64,000 nt of DNA from Camelus dromedarius (GCF_036321535.1 NC_087459.1:31124001-31188000), one strand, 5' to 3'. Shown: positions 11,534 through 23,900, counted from the stretch's first letter. Program-made: numbers and translations. Notes: generated by a model from the sequence alone, not told the origin.

Positions 11534-11552
11534 CAGCGCCCCCTGGTGTGCA
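11534..11552 (-). promoter_or_regulatory. Candidate CTCF site
   Basis: Minus strand TGCACACCAGGGGGCGCTG versus consensus TGGCCACCAGGGGGCGCTA; motif match only. Confidence 0.5.
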
Positions 11553-12053
11553 GTACTGGGGCTGTTGCTTACACCCACTGCCCCGATCTGAAGGCTCGTC
11601 TGCCCGCGTGCAGCTCCAAGCTCAAGTCTCCCAGCTTCTGCAGGTCGCCCGCATCATGGAGGCTGGTACCGAGAGGCTGATGCAGGTCCAGCTTGTCCTC
11701 CCGCTCCCCCGCTGCAAGTTCCAGGGTTTCTTCTGACTGCTGGCCCTGCTAACCTGCAGGGACTTCAAGCCCACGCGACCAGAAAATGGAGGTAACTAAA
11801 CAAGAGTGCAAAGATGAGAGGACAGAGCAATGGGCAGAAATGGGAATGGAGCCAGCACACCTTAGTGAACAAGTCGAAGACCAAAGCTAATTATGATGGA
11901 AGGAATCAGCAAAGAACAGTGTAAAAACGACTGCAAATCGGATGTTATTGCTGGTAGCTTATATGTTACTGTGTAAAAAAGCAGAACTGCTTCATGCCTT
12001 TACGGATGTAATGTTGAAAACATAACCTTTGGATAAAAGTAAATGTTTGCAGA

Positions 12054-12190
12054 GGGGGAGGGTGCAGCTCAGTGGTGGAGCATGTGCTAAGCATGCACAA
12101 GGTCCTGGGTTCAATCCTCAGCACCTCCATTAAAGATAAAATAAATAAACCTAATTACCTCCCCCACAAAATTAATAATTAATAATATTA
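12054..12190 (+). mobile_element. tRNA-Ala-derived SINE (Vic-1-like)
   Basis: Head with A and B boxes; aaataaacctaattacctccccc tail. Confidence 0.9.
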
Positions 12191-13665
12191 TGAGTATCCA
12201 ATTGTATAAACCAGTTTTTCATTAGGCTCCAATGAGAAGAATGGTAAGAGATTATAAAGTGCTGGTTTGCAGTGAGGGAAACAAAAGACTGCAAATCAAA
12301 TACTGACAAAGACAAGAGAATCAGGAGAATGCACATTGTTTTTAAAAAAAGCCAAAGTTTAAAGCAATCAGAGAGAAGCTGGTGGAAATGAAGGACAGAC
12401 AGATGCTTCAGATACTGAGGCTGAAAAAGCAAATCTCTTCCGAGGGGGAAATGTCTGGCCTCCACACGTGGCCACAGCAGCGTGAGTGCTGGAGCACGTG
12501 GAGGCCTGCAGTCCGCTGAAGGTGGACCTCAGAATAAGCTATCGGTGAGGGTGTCGTGTGGCTGTGAAAACAAGCAACCACTCTCATACATGGAAAGGCA
12601 GGGAAAACAGTGCCCATGAGAAGTTCTTGGGGAAAAAAAAGAAAACCATATTGACAACAAAATCTAGCCAATTAAGAGAAGATGGAAAAAGAGAAAGGAA
12701 CTCAAGAATGGTAGTGAACACTTTGAACACCGGACCAGTATTAAGCAGCCGTGCGGGTTATGGTTATAGAACAGAATGTGAACGGTGCAAACCTTGAGAA
12801 TGTAAAGCTAACTGTCCCTGAGGAAGGTGGGCTGTTGGTGGAGCACGCGGGAGAGGCTGCTGCTTCTGTCTTCCAGGGCAGGGGGCGAACTGACAGAAGT
12901 GACAATGGAAACATAAACCAAAATCCCCAGCGTCCTTATGTTTTTCATAATTTATCTTTAGGGTCAAAAGTGACTTTTAGGAAGAAGAGATACTTGTTTG
13001 AAGTTGAGCAGGAAGTTTTTTGGTTTCATTTTCTTCTGTTAAAGTCCAGTTAAAATTAAATGTAATACTTTTAATGAAGAATGAAGCAGGTTAATTTGAT
13101 TCTCACCACTTCTCCCTTTCTTCCATCCTTTCCTCTGCCGTTTCCTCGATCCCACTTTAAGCTCACTCTTGTTCTCATGGGCGGCGTCCTTCTGTCTGCT
13201 TGGGGAGATCTGGAATGATGCTCACTGATGGTTCCTTTTGGTAATGAGATAAGTTATTACTATTTTTTTACCTTTAAACTTTCCAACATTACTTAACTTC
13301 TTTATAATAACAATTGGACTCTGAGCAGGTTACGTTTTTTCCAGAAGTTTTACAAAAGATACTCTCATTCAAGAAATTCATTCCAGGAAAAAAAAAACCT
13401 GAAAGGACCACCCCCTGCCCCGACCATTAACTGTTCCTTTCTAGATGAAACTGCTCTTGGCGCGTGGGAATGGGTTAAGATCTGTTTCTGTGCATTCACA
13501 CTTACCTTCACATGTACAAATAATACAGTCATGTCGTTCTTGACTCAGCCCCGTCCCGCCCGCACCCTCCCCTGCCCCGGAACTGTGCCTTGGAGATCTG
13601 TCCTTGTAAGTACAAACAGAGCATCTTCATGTTTCCCAAACTATTGTCAACATCCCACAGGATGG

Positions 13666-14477
13666 TGTGTTATTAGTCAGGGTGTAGTCAGGGGACAGAA
13701 AGCATACAATGACCTGAACATGCAAATTTTAACATAAAAGGTTGAATTTGCGGAGAATTGACTAATGAGGGTCAAAGACAATTCCAAGGCATCCGGCATT
13801 GGCAGACAGAAGGGACCAGTACTGCCAGCCCTCTCCTCCACCCGGGGCTGAGATCCCACCTCATCGGAAAGCGCACGGCCTTGGTGCACTGGATGGCAGA
13901 GAAGATACTGGAAATCGGCCATCTCGGGGGCAGGGGGAGAGGCACCAGGCTTCAGCACTTGCTCTGTGCCGGGGAAGCTGCTGCAAACAGCCCCCCTCTG
14001 CAGGAACCTAGAGCATTTCTGTGCAGTTTCGTTATGCGGACGGCTGCTGGCCGGGAACCCCCGTGGCTGCGTGTGTGTGGACCTGAAGAGCGGGTGTGGG
14101 AGCAGCTGTCGGGCCGGGGCCCCAGCCTGCCCTGTCCGGGGCCCCCGGCTGTGCTGCTGTTACCCACGCCAACAGTGAGAGGAAACACGTGGAGGCCAAA
14201 TGCGGGAGACGCCTGGGCCCTGCAGACACCTGGCCCTGGAGACGCCGCTGGACCAAGCAGCGGGCAGAAAAGCCCAGGTTCTGGGAGCCTGGGGAGAGGC
14301 CCGCAAGAACGGGCAGCAAGGGCCGCTCCTCCTGCGGTCTGTCCGCCACCATCTGCTGACGCACTTAACGCTGTGCGGCTGCCAAGGAAGATGCTCCCGG
14401 GGCGCCGCTCCGTTATCGCCCAGCTGACAGGAAGGGGGAATGTGGAAGGGAGGGGCGGTGCCCTGGTAACCCGCACA
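13666..14477 (-). mobile_element. ERVL-class solo LTR (LTR33/LTR41-like), strongly GC-shifted
   Basis: tattagtcagggt..gtcagg..acagaaa start and ggtaacccgcaca end resemble the recalled consensus; exact family uncertain. Confidence 0.55.
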
Positions 14478-14938
14478 GGGGGGTGCCAGCCTTATTTCCC
14501 CGCCTTTGGGTGGACAGTGTGAGTGGTTTGCAGGCTCTTCTATTGGGACGGGTGCCGCGGGGCAGGTCCTGTTCTGTGCCTCTGTGTGCTCACAAAACAG
14601 CGTGTGTCTGGCTGGCCCCTGGCCCTGGAGTGTCTGGGTCACTGGACACGTGCCCGTCAAAGTTTGGTAGATTCTCCAAATGGGCTTTACTCGCTTGTAC
14701 TCCCACTTTTCCCTCATGCTTGGGCATTATCAATTTTGCTAATTTTCCTCAAATCGTTGCTTACTGTTTTGGTTTCTTTTTCTGTCTCTCCACGTGTCTT
14801 CCCGTGAGAGCCCATGTCCCACACATGGAGCCCCAGGGGACACGGCTTCTCTGGGCTCAGTGTTCCTGTGGCAGGCTGGCTGTGGAGGGCGAGGTCCCAG
14901 CGCCCCCCTCAGGCCGTGCCCTCGGCTCTCCCTCTCAG

Positions 14939-15040
14939 GCTGAACCTCCGTGAGCTGGGCCCCTGGGCCTCCCACATGCGGTGGCTGGTCTGGATCATGG
15001 CGTCTGTCGGCACCGTCTATGTCTTCTTCTTCCACGAGCG
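14939..15040 (+). CDS. MMD2: MMD2 coding exon 5, 102 bp
   Basis: ctccctctcAG|G acceptor, GCG|GTaagc donor; [33 protein letters not shown](R). Confidence 0.97.
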
Positions 15041-15808
15041 GTAAGCCAGGGCTGGGTCAGGGGCAGGCGGCTCAGGAGGGCGGGGTGCCTCCAGCAGGGT
15101 CTCCTCCCTGGCCCTGGCGAGATCAGACCCCAGGATGACCCCAGAAGCATGAGGACGGCCACCAGGTCCCCAGCCCGTAGGGTCCACCTGAAGAGTAGAA
15201 AAAAAGACACTGTAGGTTCCTAGACTCACTGAACTGTGCTGTGTTCTTTGCCTTCCCTGAGCTGTGTTAGCAGAAGAGGGGGAGAGGCTCCGAGAGCTCC
15301 CCATTCCCGCCGCACCCATCCTGCAGGGTGGGAGTGAGTAAGTGGGGGGAGGAACACAGCTAGGGAAGTGAGAGGGAGGAACAGACCCCTGGAATCTCCC
15401 GGGGCAGCAGACAGGTGTCCGGGGGTGCAGCCGGTGTCGCCGGCGAGTGTCTGCTTGGATCCTGTGGGAAAGGTGCTGGGATCGACTAGCCATGCCTGCC
15501 CTGGGCTTGGGCGTGGCGGGTTCCCATAGGCATGCTGTTCCCAGCGTCTGCCATCCTCCAGTGTCATTTCGTGGATGTGGAAACTGGGTCTCAGAAGGGG
15601 AAGGAGACCCGCCTGGGGCCGCCCAACTCTGCCAGCATCTGCTGGGTGGAGCCGGGTGGGATCTGAGCCCAGGAGGGCCGGGCAGGGGGCAGAGCCCCTT
15701 TCTCTTACTCCTCCGGTCAGGGCGTCCCCTCCCACCCACAACCGGGAGCTGGACTCTGTTGCTCACGGGGAGGCTGCCCTGTGCCGAGACGGCTCGTCTC
15801 CCCGGCAG

Positions 15809-15878
15809 GTACAAGCTCGTGGAGCTGCTCTGCTACACGGTCACAGGCTTCCTCCCCGCCCTGGTCATCCTTTCCATG
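15809..15878 (+). CDS. MMD2: MMD2 coding exon 6, 70 bp
   Basis: ccccggcAG|G acceptor, ATG|GTaagt donor; YKLVELLCYTVTGFLPALVILSM. Confidence 0.95.
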
Positions 15879-16697
15879 GTAAGTCCCACGTGCCCGGCTG
15901 CAGGGGACGCAGGGTGACTCTAGACATTGTCAGGCTGAGCCTCTCCTCTGGCACACGGGGAACTGAGGCCCGTGGGCCAGCATGACTCGCCCACGGAGGC
16001 AGAAGAATGTGCAGGCGAACCCCAGGACTTGGCTCCCTGGTTTCTCCAGCACCTCCTTTCTCCGCTGGACCTTCAGTGAATTCATTAGTCCCTCTGGGCT
16101 CCGGTTTTCCCGTCTCTGTAGAGATTAAATAAGAAACCCCGTGGAAAATGATTAGAACGGTGCCTGGGACAGAGTAAGTACCCAGTCGCCGAGTGAAGTC
16201 TAAGTGACATAGGAGGCGATGGAGGCACAGCCTCAGGTTTCTGACGCCCTCTCCGGGTCCTCCCCATCCTGAACGGCTTCCTGGCACAGGAGGGTGACTT
16301 CACCGCACGCGCTGAGCCCTTAGGGCGGGCGAGAAGCTTACTCACAGGACCTTGCTTCCCCCGTCCCGGGTGTCCTTGGAGACGGACCACTTCTGTTTCG
16401 TGAATGAGGATGCTCAGGCCCTGAGAGGGGAGGTGACCCCCAGGGGCTAAGCTGGAAGTTTAGCCCTGTAACCTCTGACTCCGAGGGCCAGGATCTTTGA
16501 GCAGCACCGCCTCGCCCTGTGAGTGGGGGAGCCTTGCAGAGAGGGGGAGTGAGGGCCCCCGCCTGGAAGGAGAGGCAGCTGTGTGTGCGCATGGGTCCCC
16601 TCTCCTCTCTGAGCCTCAGCTGCCCATCTGTCACATGGGCACAGCCAATTCAGCCTGCCCAGTGCCTCCCTAGGCCAGATAACAGTTTCTTACTTTT

Positions 16698-16835
16698 ATT
16701 TTTTTAATTTTATTTTCTATTGAAGTTTAGTTGGTTTACAATGTTAACTTCAGGTCTACAGCAAAGTGATTCAGTTATGCATATACATACATATATATTT
16801 TTTCTTTTCAGATTCTTTTCCATTATATGTCTTAC
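16698..16835 (-). mobile_element. Cetartiodactyl L1 3' end fragment
   Basis: ttgaagtttagttggtttacaatg...tacagcaaagtgattcagttatgcatatac...cagattcttttccattata. Confidence 0.8.
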
Positions 16836-17965
16836 TTCTAAATGATTCTTGTTGGCAGACGTTAAAAATTTATGTAGTCACATCTAGCAGGTATTTTTTT
16901 CCCCTTAATTTTATGGCTTTGTCTTAACTATGATGGTTAGAAAGATCTTCCCTTTTCTAAGTTTATATAAGTGTTTACCTATATTTTCTCCTGTTTCTTT
17001 TCAAGGTTTAACTTTTAATTTTTAACTCTGTATTCCCATTGCAATTTCTTACGGAAATGATGATTCCTCCCCAAATGTGTTATCTTCACAAGCATACATG
17101 TGGGTCTGTTTCATAAATCGGCACTTTCATGCTAGTAACAAACCGTTTTACTTGCTGCAGCTTTAATTGTATTTTTAAAGTCAATACAGTGTTTTCCGTT
17201 TGCTTGTTTAATTCACTGACTTTATCATTCTCCCTCATGCTTTTAATTGCATTATAATACTTGGTGGTGAAGTCTTGCCCCGTTAGGCTTCCTACTTAGT
17301 ATTTTCCCTGTGATTTGTGTTCATTTTTACAAATGCCTTTTCCCCCCAAGTTTATTTTTGTTTATATCTGTATAATTAAGTTACATCTGTTAAATTATGT
17401 AATAGCCATCAGTTACGTATTACATAATTTAAACACATATATACATATACTTATATACATGGTAAGTGTATATTTAAATATATACTCACTGTGAAATATA
17501 AGTCCTGTCTGAAAATGTATAAAAGAGCTGAAACCCCCCTCACCTCCTCCCCATTGGGATGCCCTGGCTGCGCCCACCATTCACGGGGCCTTGTGGATCT
17601 TTTCCATGTTTTATTTCTATGCAAGTCAATGTGGCTATGCAGACATATTGACTTGTCTGTTTTCCTTTACAAAAATAAGGTCACACTGTGCGTGCTGTCT
17701 TGCAATGTGCTTTTCTCACGTGGCGCAATGTCATGGGCGTTTCCCTGCCTGTCACATGGAGTCATACCCGCCCCACAAGGTTGTTGTGAAGGAGGCATTA
17801 GGTAATTCATGTAAGGCCCTTAGTACGGGGCCTGGCGCGTCCTAAGTGTGGAGGGGTGTCACCGCAATATGTCCTTAATGTTCATGCATCGCCCTCTTGG
17901 GAACTGGGTACATATCTATACATACGTGCAATGAACCCAGGTGTTCAGAAGTCCCAGGTGGGGGT

Positions 17966-18125
17966 GGGGAGGGTGTAGCTCAGTGGTCGAGCACGTGCTT
18001 AGCACACGCGAGGTCCTGGGTTCAATCCAAGTACCTCTGATAAAGAGAAAAGTAACAATAATAATTTAAAAAATCAACGCCCCTCCCCCAAATAAATAAA
18101 TAAATAAAATGGTTAAAAAAAGAAA
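17966..18125 (+). mobile_element. tRNA-Ala-derived SINE (Vic-1-like)
   Basis: ggggagggtgtagctcagtggtcgagcacgtgcttagc...gggttcaatcc head; degenerate (aaat)n tail. Confidence 0.85.
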
Positions 18126-18540
18126 GACCAGGCTGGATCTCCACGTGGGGTGTAGACTGACCTCCACGAGAGAGCACTGTGGAAAGTGACATCGCCGAAT
18201 GGCAGGGATGGTGTGAGCCCCCTTCTCTAAAGCGATGAGTTCTCTGTATTTGTACATGCATGTGAAGTATGTATACATATCGTGGGTATGTAGACAGTTC
18301 AGGAAGGACTCTCTGAAACACCGCCATTGGTGGTGAGCGGTGACGCCTGCGGGACGTGGGCCTGGGGGAGGCGGGGAGGCGGGTCTTCTCACCCCTCAGT
18401 CCCTCCCCATCTGCCTGAGCCCCCGCAACCAGCCACTTACCCAGGTGTTCACATGCTCACCTCGGAGGGCTACCAGCACCACTTTTTTCTTAACTACTTT
18501 TTGCTTTTGTGTAAAATTTTCCACCATGGATATGTTTGAC

Positions 18541-19062
18541 TTTTTTAAAATTTGATAAAATAGACACACAATTTATGATTTGAACCGGTTTTAAGTGTAC
18601 AATTCAGGGGCATGAAGTACATTCACGGGTGTGCAGTCCTCACCACCCTCCATCTGCAGAACTGTCTCATCTTCCCACACTGAAACTCTGCACCCATTAG
18701 ATGCTGACTCCCCACCCTAACCCCAGTCCCTGGGAACCACCCTTCTACCTCTGACCATGAATTTGACTCCTCCAGGGACCTCACCTAAGTGGAAACCTAC
18801 AGTATCCGTCCTTTTGTGTCTGGCTTATTTCACTCTGTGCAAGGTCCTTGAGGTCCACTCACGCTGTAGCCAGTGTCAGAGTTTCCTTTCTTTTTAAGGC
18901 TGAATAATATTGCATTGTATAAAATAACACGAATAACATTATGCTTATCCATTCTTCTGTTGATGGACACTTGGGTTGCTTCCACCTTCTGGCTACGGTG
19001 AATAATGATGTTTAAGTATCTATTTGAGTCTCTGCTTTTGCTTCTTTGGGGATATACCCAGC
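18541..19062 (-). mobile_element. L1MB-type 3' end
   Basis: aagtgtacaattcag...gaaactctgcacccatt...tggcttatttcact...gatggacacttgggttgcttccacc. Confidence 0.85.
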
Positions 19063-19293
19063 TGTGTTACTCTTTAGAAAAGCTAAAAAGCTACAAAATG
19101 TTCTTTGAGACTTTGGTAGAAATATGTTACATGTGAGGATGAATTTGGGGAGAACTGACCACATCACCGTGTAGTGACTCCCCGCCATCCGCGTGTCTCC
19201 ATCTCGGGTGGGGCCGGGGGGGGGGGGTGGCCGGGCGGTCCTGGCCTTCCCGGCTGCTCTCTAACCTGTGCTTGCCCTTGTCCTTGCCGACAG

Positions 19294-19497
19294 CCCAACA
19301 CCGAGGGCATCTGGGAGCTGCTGACCGGAGGGGTCTTCTACTGCTTGGGCATGGTGTTCTTCAAGAGTGACGGGAGGATCCCCTTTGCCCACGCCATCTG
19401 GCATCTCTTTGTGGCATTTGGTGCTGGTACCCACTACTATGCCATCTGGAGGTACCTGTATCTGCCCAGCACCCTGCAGGCCAAGGTGTCCAAATGA
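19294..19497 (+). CDS. MMD2: MMD2 last coding exon (exon 7) to TGA
   Basis: ccgacAG|CCC acceptor; [67 protein letters not shown], HxxWH motif intact. Exons 2-7 total 694 nt; a 47-nt exon 1 would give the 246-aa isoform. Confidence 0.97.
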   Translation, partial: PNTEGIWELLTGGVFYCLGMVFFKSDGRIPFAHAIWHLFVAFGAGTHYYAIWRYLYLPSTLQAKVSK

Positions 19498-20930
19498 GGT
19501 GGCCCAGACTGCACAGGACATTTAGGCTTTTGGAGCAGAGCATCACGGGGAGTGTTTCTGTGAACTGGAGCCCAGAGCACAGAGCCCAGGCCCATCTGCC
19601 CTCCCACGGGTAGACCTTCTGATGGGCCCAAGGTTACTTCTGGTGACAGCCAGACCATCTCTTGAGTCCTAGGTGAGAAAGAAAGCATTTAGTCATTTTT
19701 ACAGAGGAGACGTTAACCCTGTAATGTGTTTCTATTCTAGACAAGTGTTTCCTAATACAACCAACATTAACATCGTCAGAAAAGGGGGCTGGCAAATTGA
19801 GGACTGATGGGCCAATACGTGCTTCTTAAGGTCCTGAGAAATCTGTCGGGGTGTCTGGTGGGTTATTGGTACATGGGTGGCCAGGGCCTCCTTCTCTGCC
19901 ACCAAAGTCCTGGCTGGGGAGTTGTCCCCTGCTCAGGGAAGGTCACCCAGCTTGTAGCTCAGGGATGGCGGATAGCCGTGACCGTGGCAGACGTCACCAA
20001 GCAGCTGCAGCGTGGTGTGCTATCTGACTTCTTCTCAAGAGGGCTCTGGGCAGCCACTACCAACCGACTCGGCACTCATGATGGCACCTCTTTGCCTTAC
20101 CTGCCCCGCGTGCTGTGCAGTGGGGTCCTGGCCAGACCAGTTCAATGTCTCTGTGCTGGGGAGCATGCTTCTTTCCCGGAGTGGGCAGTCTGGGGCAGAG
20201 GCAGGAGACGGAGGTGCGCCCAGAGCAGCCCCTGCTGTTCTGTTCCACCATAGCCGGTTCACCATAGCGCAGAGGGGTGAGTGCTTGGGGGTGGGAAGCT
20301 GTTCCTTGGCCATTTCTTCTCTTGCCAAAAAATCCAGAGAAGCTATGAGAGCCATTCGTGGGCGGGGGTAGGGTGGGGGGGGGTGGGTAAGCAGATCCCA
20401 GGAACTTGCGTGGCTGCTCCAGGTTTAGGGTCTGTGATGCCAGCACTGAGCTTCTTGCTGGGCTCCAATCAGCGGCCCTTAGAGGCTTGCTTCTGATGAA
20501 CCCCAGAGGGAAGGCCTTGGCTAATCTGACAGGGACCTGGGCAGAGCGTCAGAGGGGTACCCAGCCTCTGAGGCCCCCAGGAGCCCAGCAGCAGGGCTTC
20601 CAGGGGCCCGCCCTCAGCCCTCCCCCAGGGCTGGGCGGGCACGCCGCGCAGGGCGTGCGGACCTTTGCTGGGGGGTCTAGGCCCAGCCCCGGGTCTCTCT
20701 CTGGATCAAGGGTCTGTTGCGTTTTAGACGGGCTTCACTCTCCGACTCCCATCCAGAGTCACATGGGCAAGGACGAGATGCCTTATGCTTAGTTCTAGTA
20801 CATTCCAGGGTATTTCAGGGCTCCGGTATCAGGAATCCCACGTCCAGGCTGGCATGGAGTCATCTGACCTGTTCCTCAGACAGGCGGGTTCTGAGCTGGG
20901 AGATGCCTGGGGGATGTTTTGTCCCCTTAC

Positions 20931-20932
<2 letters not shown>

Positions 20933-20972
<40 letters not shown>
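20933..20972. repeat. (GT)20 microsatellite
   Basis: Perfect dinucleotide run. Confidence 0.99.
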
Positions 20973-20974
<2 letters not shown>

Positions 20975-23900
20975 AGGCACTCCCAGACCCTGGAAGCTGC
21001 CTCTGTTCTGCACACCTGCCCTGCAGAGTCCGCCAAGTATTTCCCGTCAGTTGGGGTCAGGGTTGGAGATTAGGGGGGAGGGGGAGCTTTGCAGGGGAGG
21101 GACACTATGACCTGAACTCTGCCTGGGCCTGAGGCAGGGCAGGGGGCGTGTGGGCTCCGGGATGCTGTTTTGGAAAACTCCCAAAGCATGGCACCATGGC
21201 AGACTGAGATGACAGCCCCATCATCCGGGGGTTGATGGGGACCAAAGCCCCGTGACGGGGCCACTGCTGGGCGCCCGGGAGGCTGACCTGATCCTGTAGC
21301 CCCTGCTGAACTCCTCTGGTACCCACATCTCCTCCTCCCCCTCCTCCTGGGTACAGCCTGGACAGCCTGCCCCTGTATCCCCCACACCCTCTGAGGTGCC
21401 AGTTCCTTGATGGGGACTCTGCTCACCCCTCCTCTTCCCAACTCACTCCTAAGCATTCTTCAAAGCCCCACTTGGGCGTTAGTTCTGAGGAACTTCCAAA
21501 CTTCCTCTGAGTTAGTGGCTCCCTCTCTGCTTCCCAGCACCCCTTGTGCTCATCTGTAGCACAGCTCAGAGCCCTGTCCTGCGTCACCCTGGTACTTGTG
21601 CCTGTCCCCCAACCCAGATGCTCCTGGAGGGAGGAACTGTGTCTTGCTAGACTTGGGACCAAATCCGCATCCCCCCTTTGTGAGGGTTTGGGCCAATTAC
21701 TTAACCTCTCTGTGCCTCAATGTCCTCCACTGTAAGAAGGGTATAGTAAGGCTACACCTGGCAGGGTTGCTTAAAGATTCAGCAGGATGATGACAGTAAA
21801 ACACCTGGTCTGGCATCCTAATTAGCTCCCTTAGTTGGAAAACAACCCCCATAATGGTAACGAGGGGTATCACAAAGCCTGCACTATCCAAAGGAATGAA
21901 TCACCAATGGTGGAATTTCTGACTGTGGACAGGCTGGTGAGGACACTGGAGGGCGTGCTCTGCAGCCTTGACCACACTCCTTCCCCTCACTCCAATTCAG
22001 GACCTGCTTCCCATGAGCTGTCTCTCTTCCCCAGCATCATTCTGAAAGTGAATTTCCCAGGATTCCATTTTAACCGAGCCTAGACCCTGGACCGCCTCCA
22101 AATATACCCCAAACAGTTCAGGAAAGGAAAAGATGTTCCTTAGGCCAGTCCCTTCTGTAGGTAAGACCCTGTCCCAGGAATATTCTGAGCTGTGATGGGT
22201 GGGGAGGGCATGCCACTGGAAATTCAGGTGCCAGTTCCCACTTCCTGTCCATCCTTGAGGCCATCAGGTGCCAAGATGACCCAGCAAGGCAGCTGTTATG
22301 CCCCAAGGAGCCAGGGGGGCAGTTGGCAGCAGACTGGCCTGTTTGACATTCCAGGCACTTTAGGGCGGGGTGAGGGGCGGGGGCTGGTGTGAAAGATGGA
22401 GAGGAAGGCAGGTGACCTGCTCAGTGATTCTGCTGGTGATCGTCAGGACAAGGCAGAGCTGGTGTGCTCGCTGGTGGAGGCCTGTCTGCCTGCCAGCAGG
22501 GTTTCCCTGGAGGCCCAGAGCAGAGCTGGCCCAGGGCTGGCCCTGCGGCCTGCAGCCTCTCAGCCCAGGAATGGATTTAAATCAATACCATAGACCAGAT
22601 CTGCCTTTCTTTCTTGGGTGGAAATTGCACATATGGTGGGAGCAGGGCTGAGCATCCTTCTCTTCATCAGCCTTTGGCTCAGGCTGGGAAAGAATCCTAG
22701 GAAAGCCCTGGGGGGATGGGAGGAAGCAGAGATGAGACCTGCAGGTGCGCCTGGATCTGAAGCTCTGAAGCCGCCTTGGTCATGGGTGGGTGCCCTGCAC
22801 AGTGGGATGATTTAGGAAGTTGCAGCCCTGGGTTTTTGGGGAGTTTTCAGCTCACCCAGCTCTTTTTTCTGTATCTGTATCTGTCTGCAAAAGCTGAAGC
22901 GCTCTACAGCCCTGCCCAAGCTCCTGCAATTGAACCCAGGCCTCCGCTGGGAAATGGGGGGGGGGGGGCAGGTGAGGGACGCTTCACAGGTGCTCAGAGG
23001 GGCAGGTGGAGCTCAGAGGGCTGGGAGGTGGGTCTAATGACCTCGTCAAAAAGGCACTTGTCAAACCTGCCGCCACATCCTGTGTAATCAGATGCTGAAA
23101 TACAGGCTCTGAGAATAGCAGCGGGGGGTCCGGGGGGGTCCTGAAGGAGCCTGTGGAAACCCCAGCAGCCACTTCCACATGAGCACACGGCGCAGCTGGA
23201 CTCACAGGTGTGGAGGGCGGCAGGTGTGAGGGGAAGGAGCAGGAGGCTGGGGGAGGCAAAGGCTTATGTGCAGGGCACCCCTCCTGGGGGCTGGTCTCGG
23301 TGCCCAGGGCTTTAGAGATAACTCTCTCCAAGGGGGGCATAGCCCTATCCCCGCCCCCCCCCAACAACCCCGTAGGGTGAGGATTGTTAGCTGATCTTAC
23401 AAAGCAGGAAACCAAAGCACAGAGAGGTTTGGCAACTTACCCAGGGCACCCAGCTTCTAACCAGCAGAGCAACCGTTGTGTCCCTTGGCCAGATGAAATC
23501 TCCTGCTTCCAAGGAAACCCACTGCCCCTAAGTCTCTCCTCCAGGGAGGAGAGCCAGGCTTACACATTCTAATAATAATTAAAACAAACAAACAAACAAC
23601 CCCCTAAGCCCTGGCATGTGGCATCCGCCAGTTTCCATGGTGTAAATACTCCTACTATGGCCAGTTTCCTGCTACCAGAGGGACATACCTGAAGATGCTC
23701 TGGGAAGAGATGTGTACTGTTAGTCCTTGCAAGCCAGGCCCAGCACACCTCTGCCCCCTTTTCCCGATGCTTGGAAACTTTGTCTTGGGGGTCTGGAGTC
23801 CGAAGCCAGTCCAGCCCTACGCTGGCCAGCATGCAAGGCCCTCGGGGTAGTGTCTCACCCGCTCTGTGCCTCGTTTTCTCATCTGTAAAATGGAGACTAC

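Noticed and set aside
13758-14522. 254-aa ORF
   Set aside because: Lies in a GC-shifted LTR remnant, has a non-ATG start and no recognisable domain.
15017-15814. 265-aa minus-strand ORF
   Set aside because: GC-rich intron with low stop density; Pro/Arg/Gly-biased composition and no homology I recognise.
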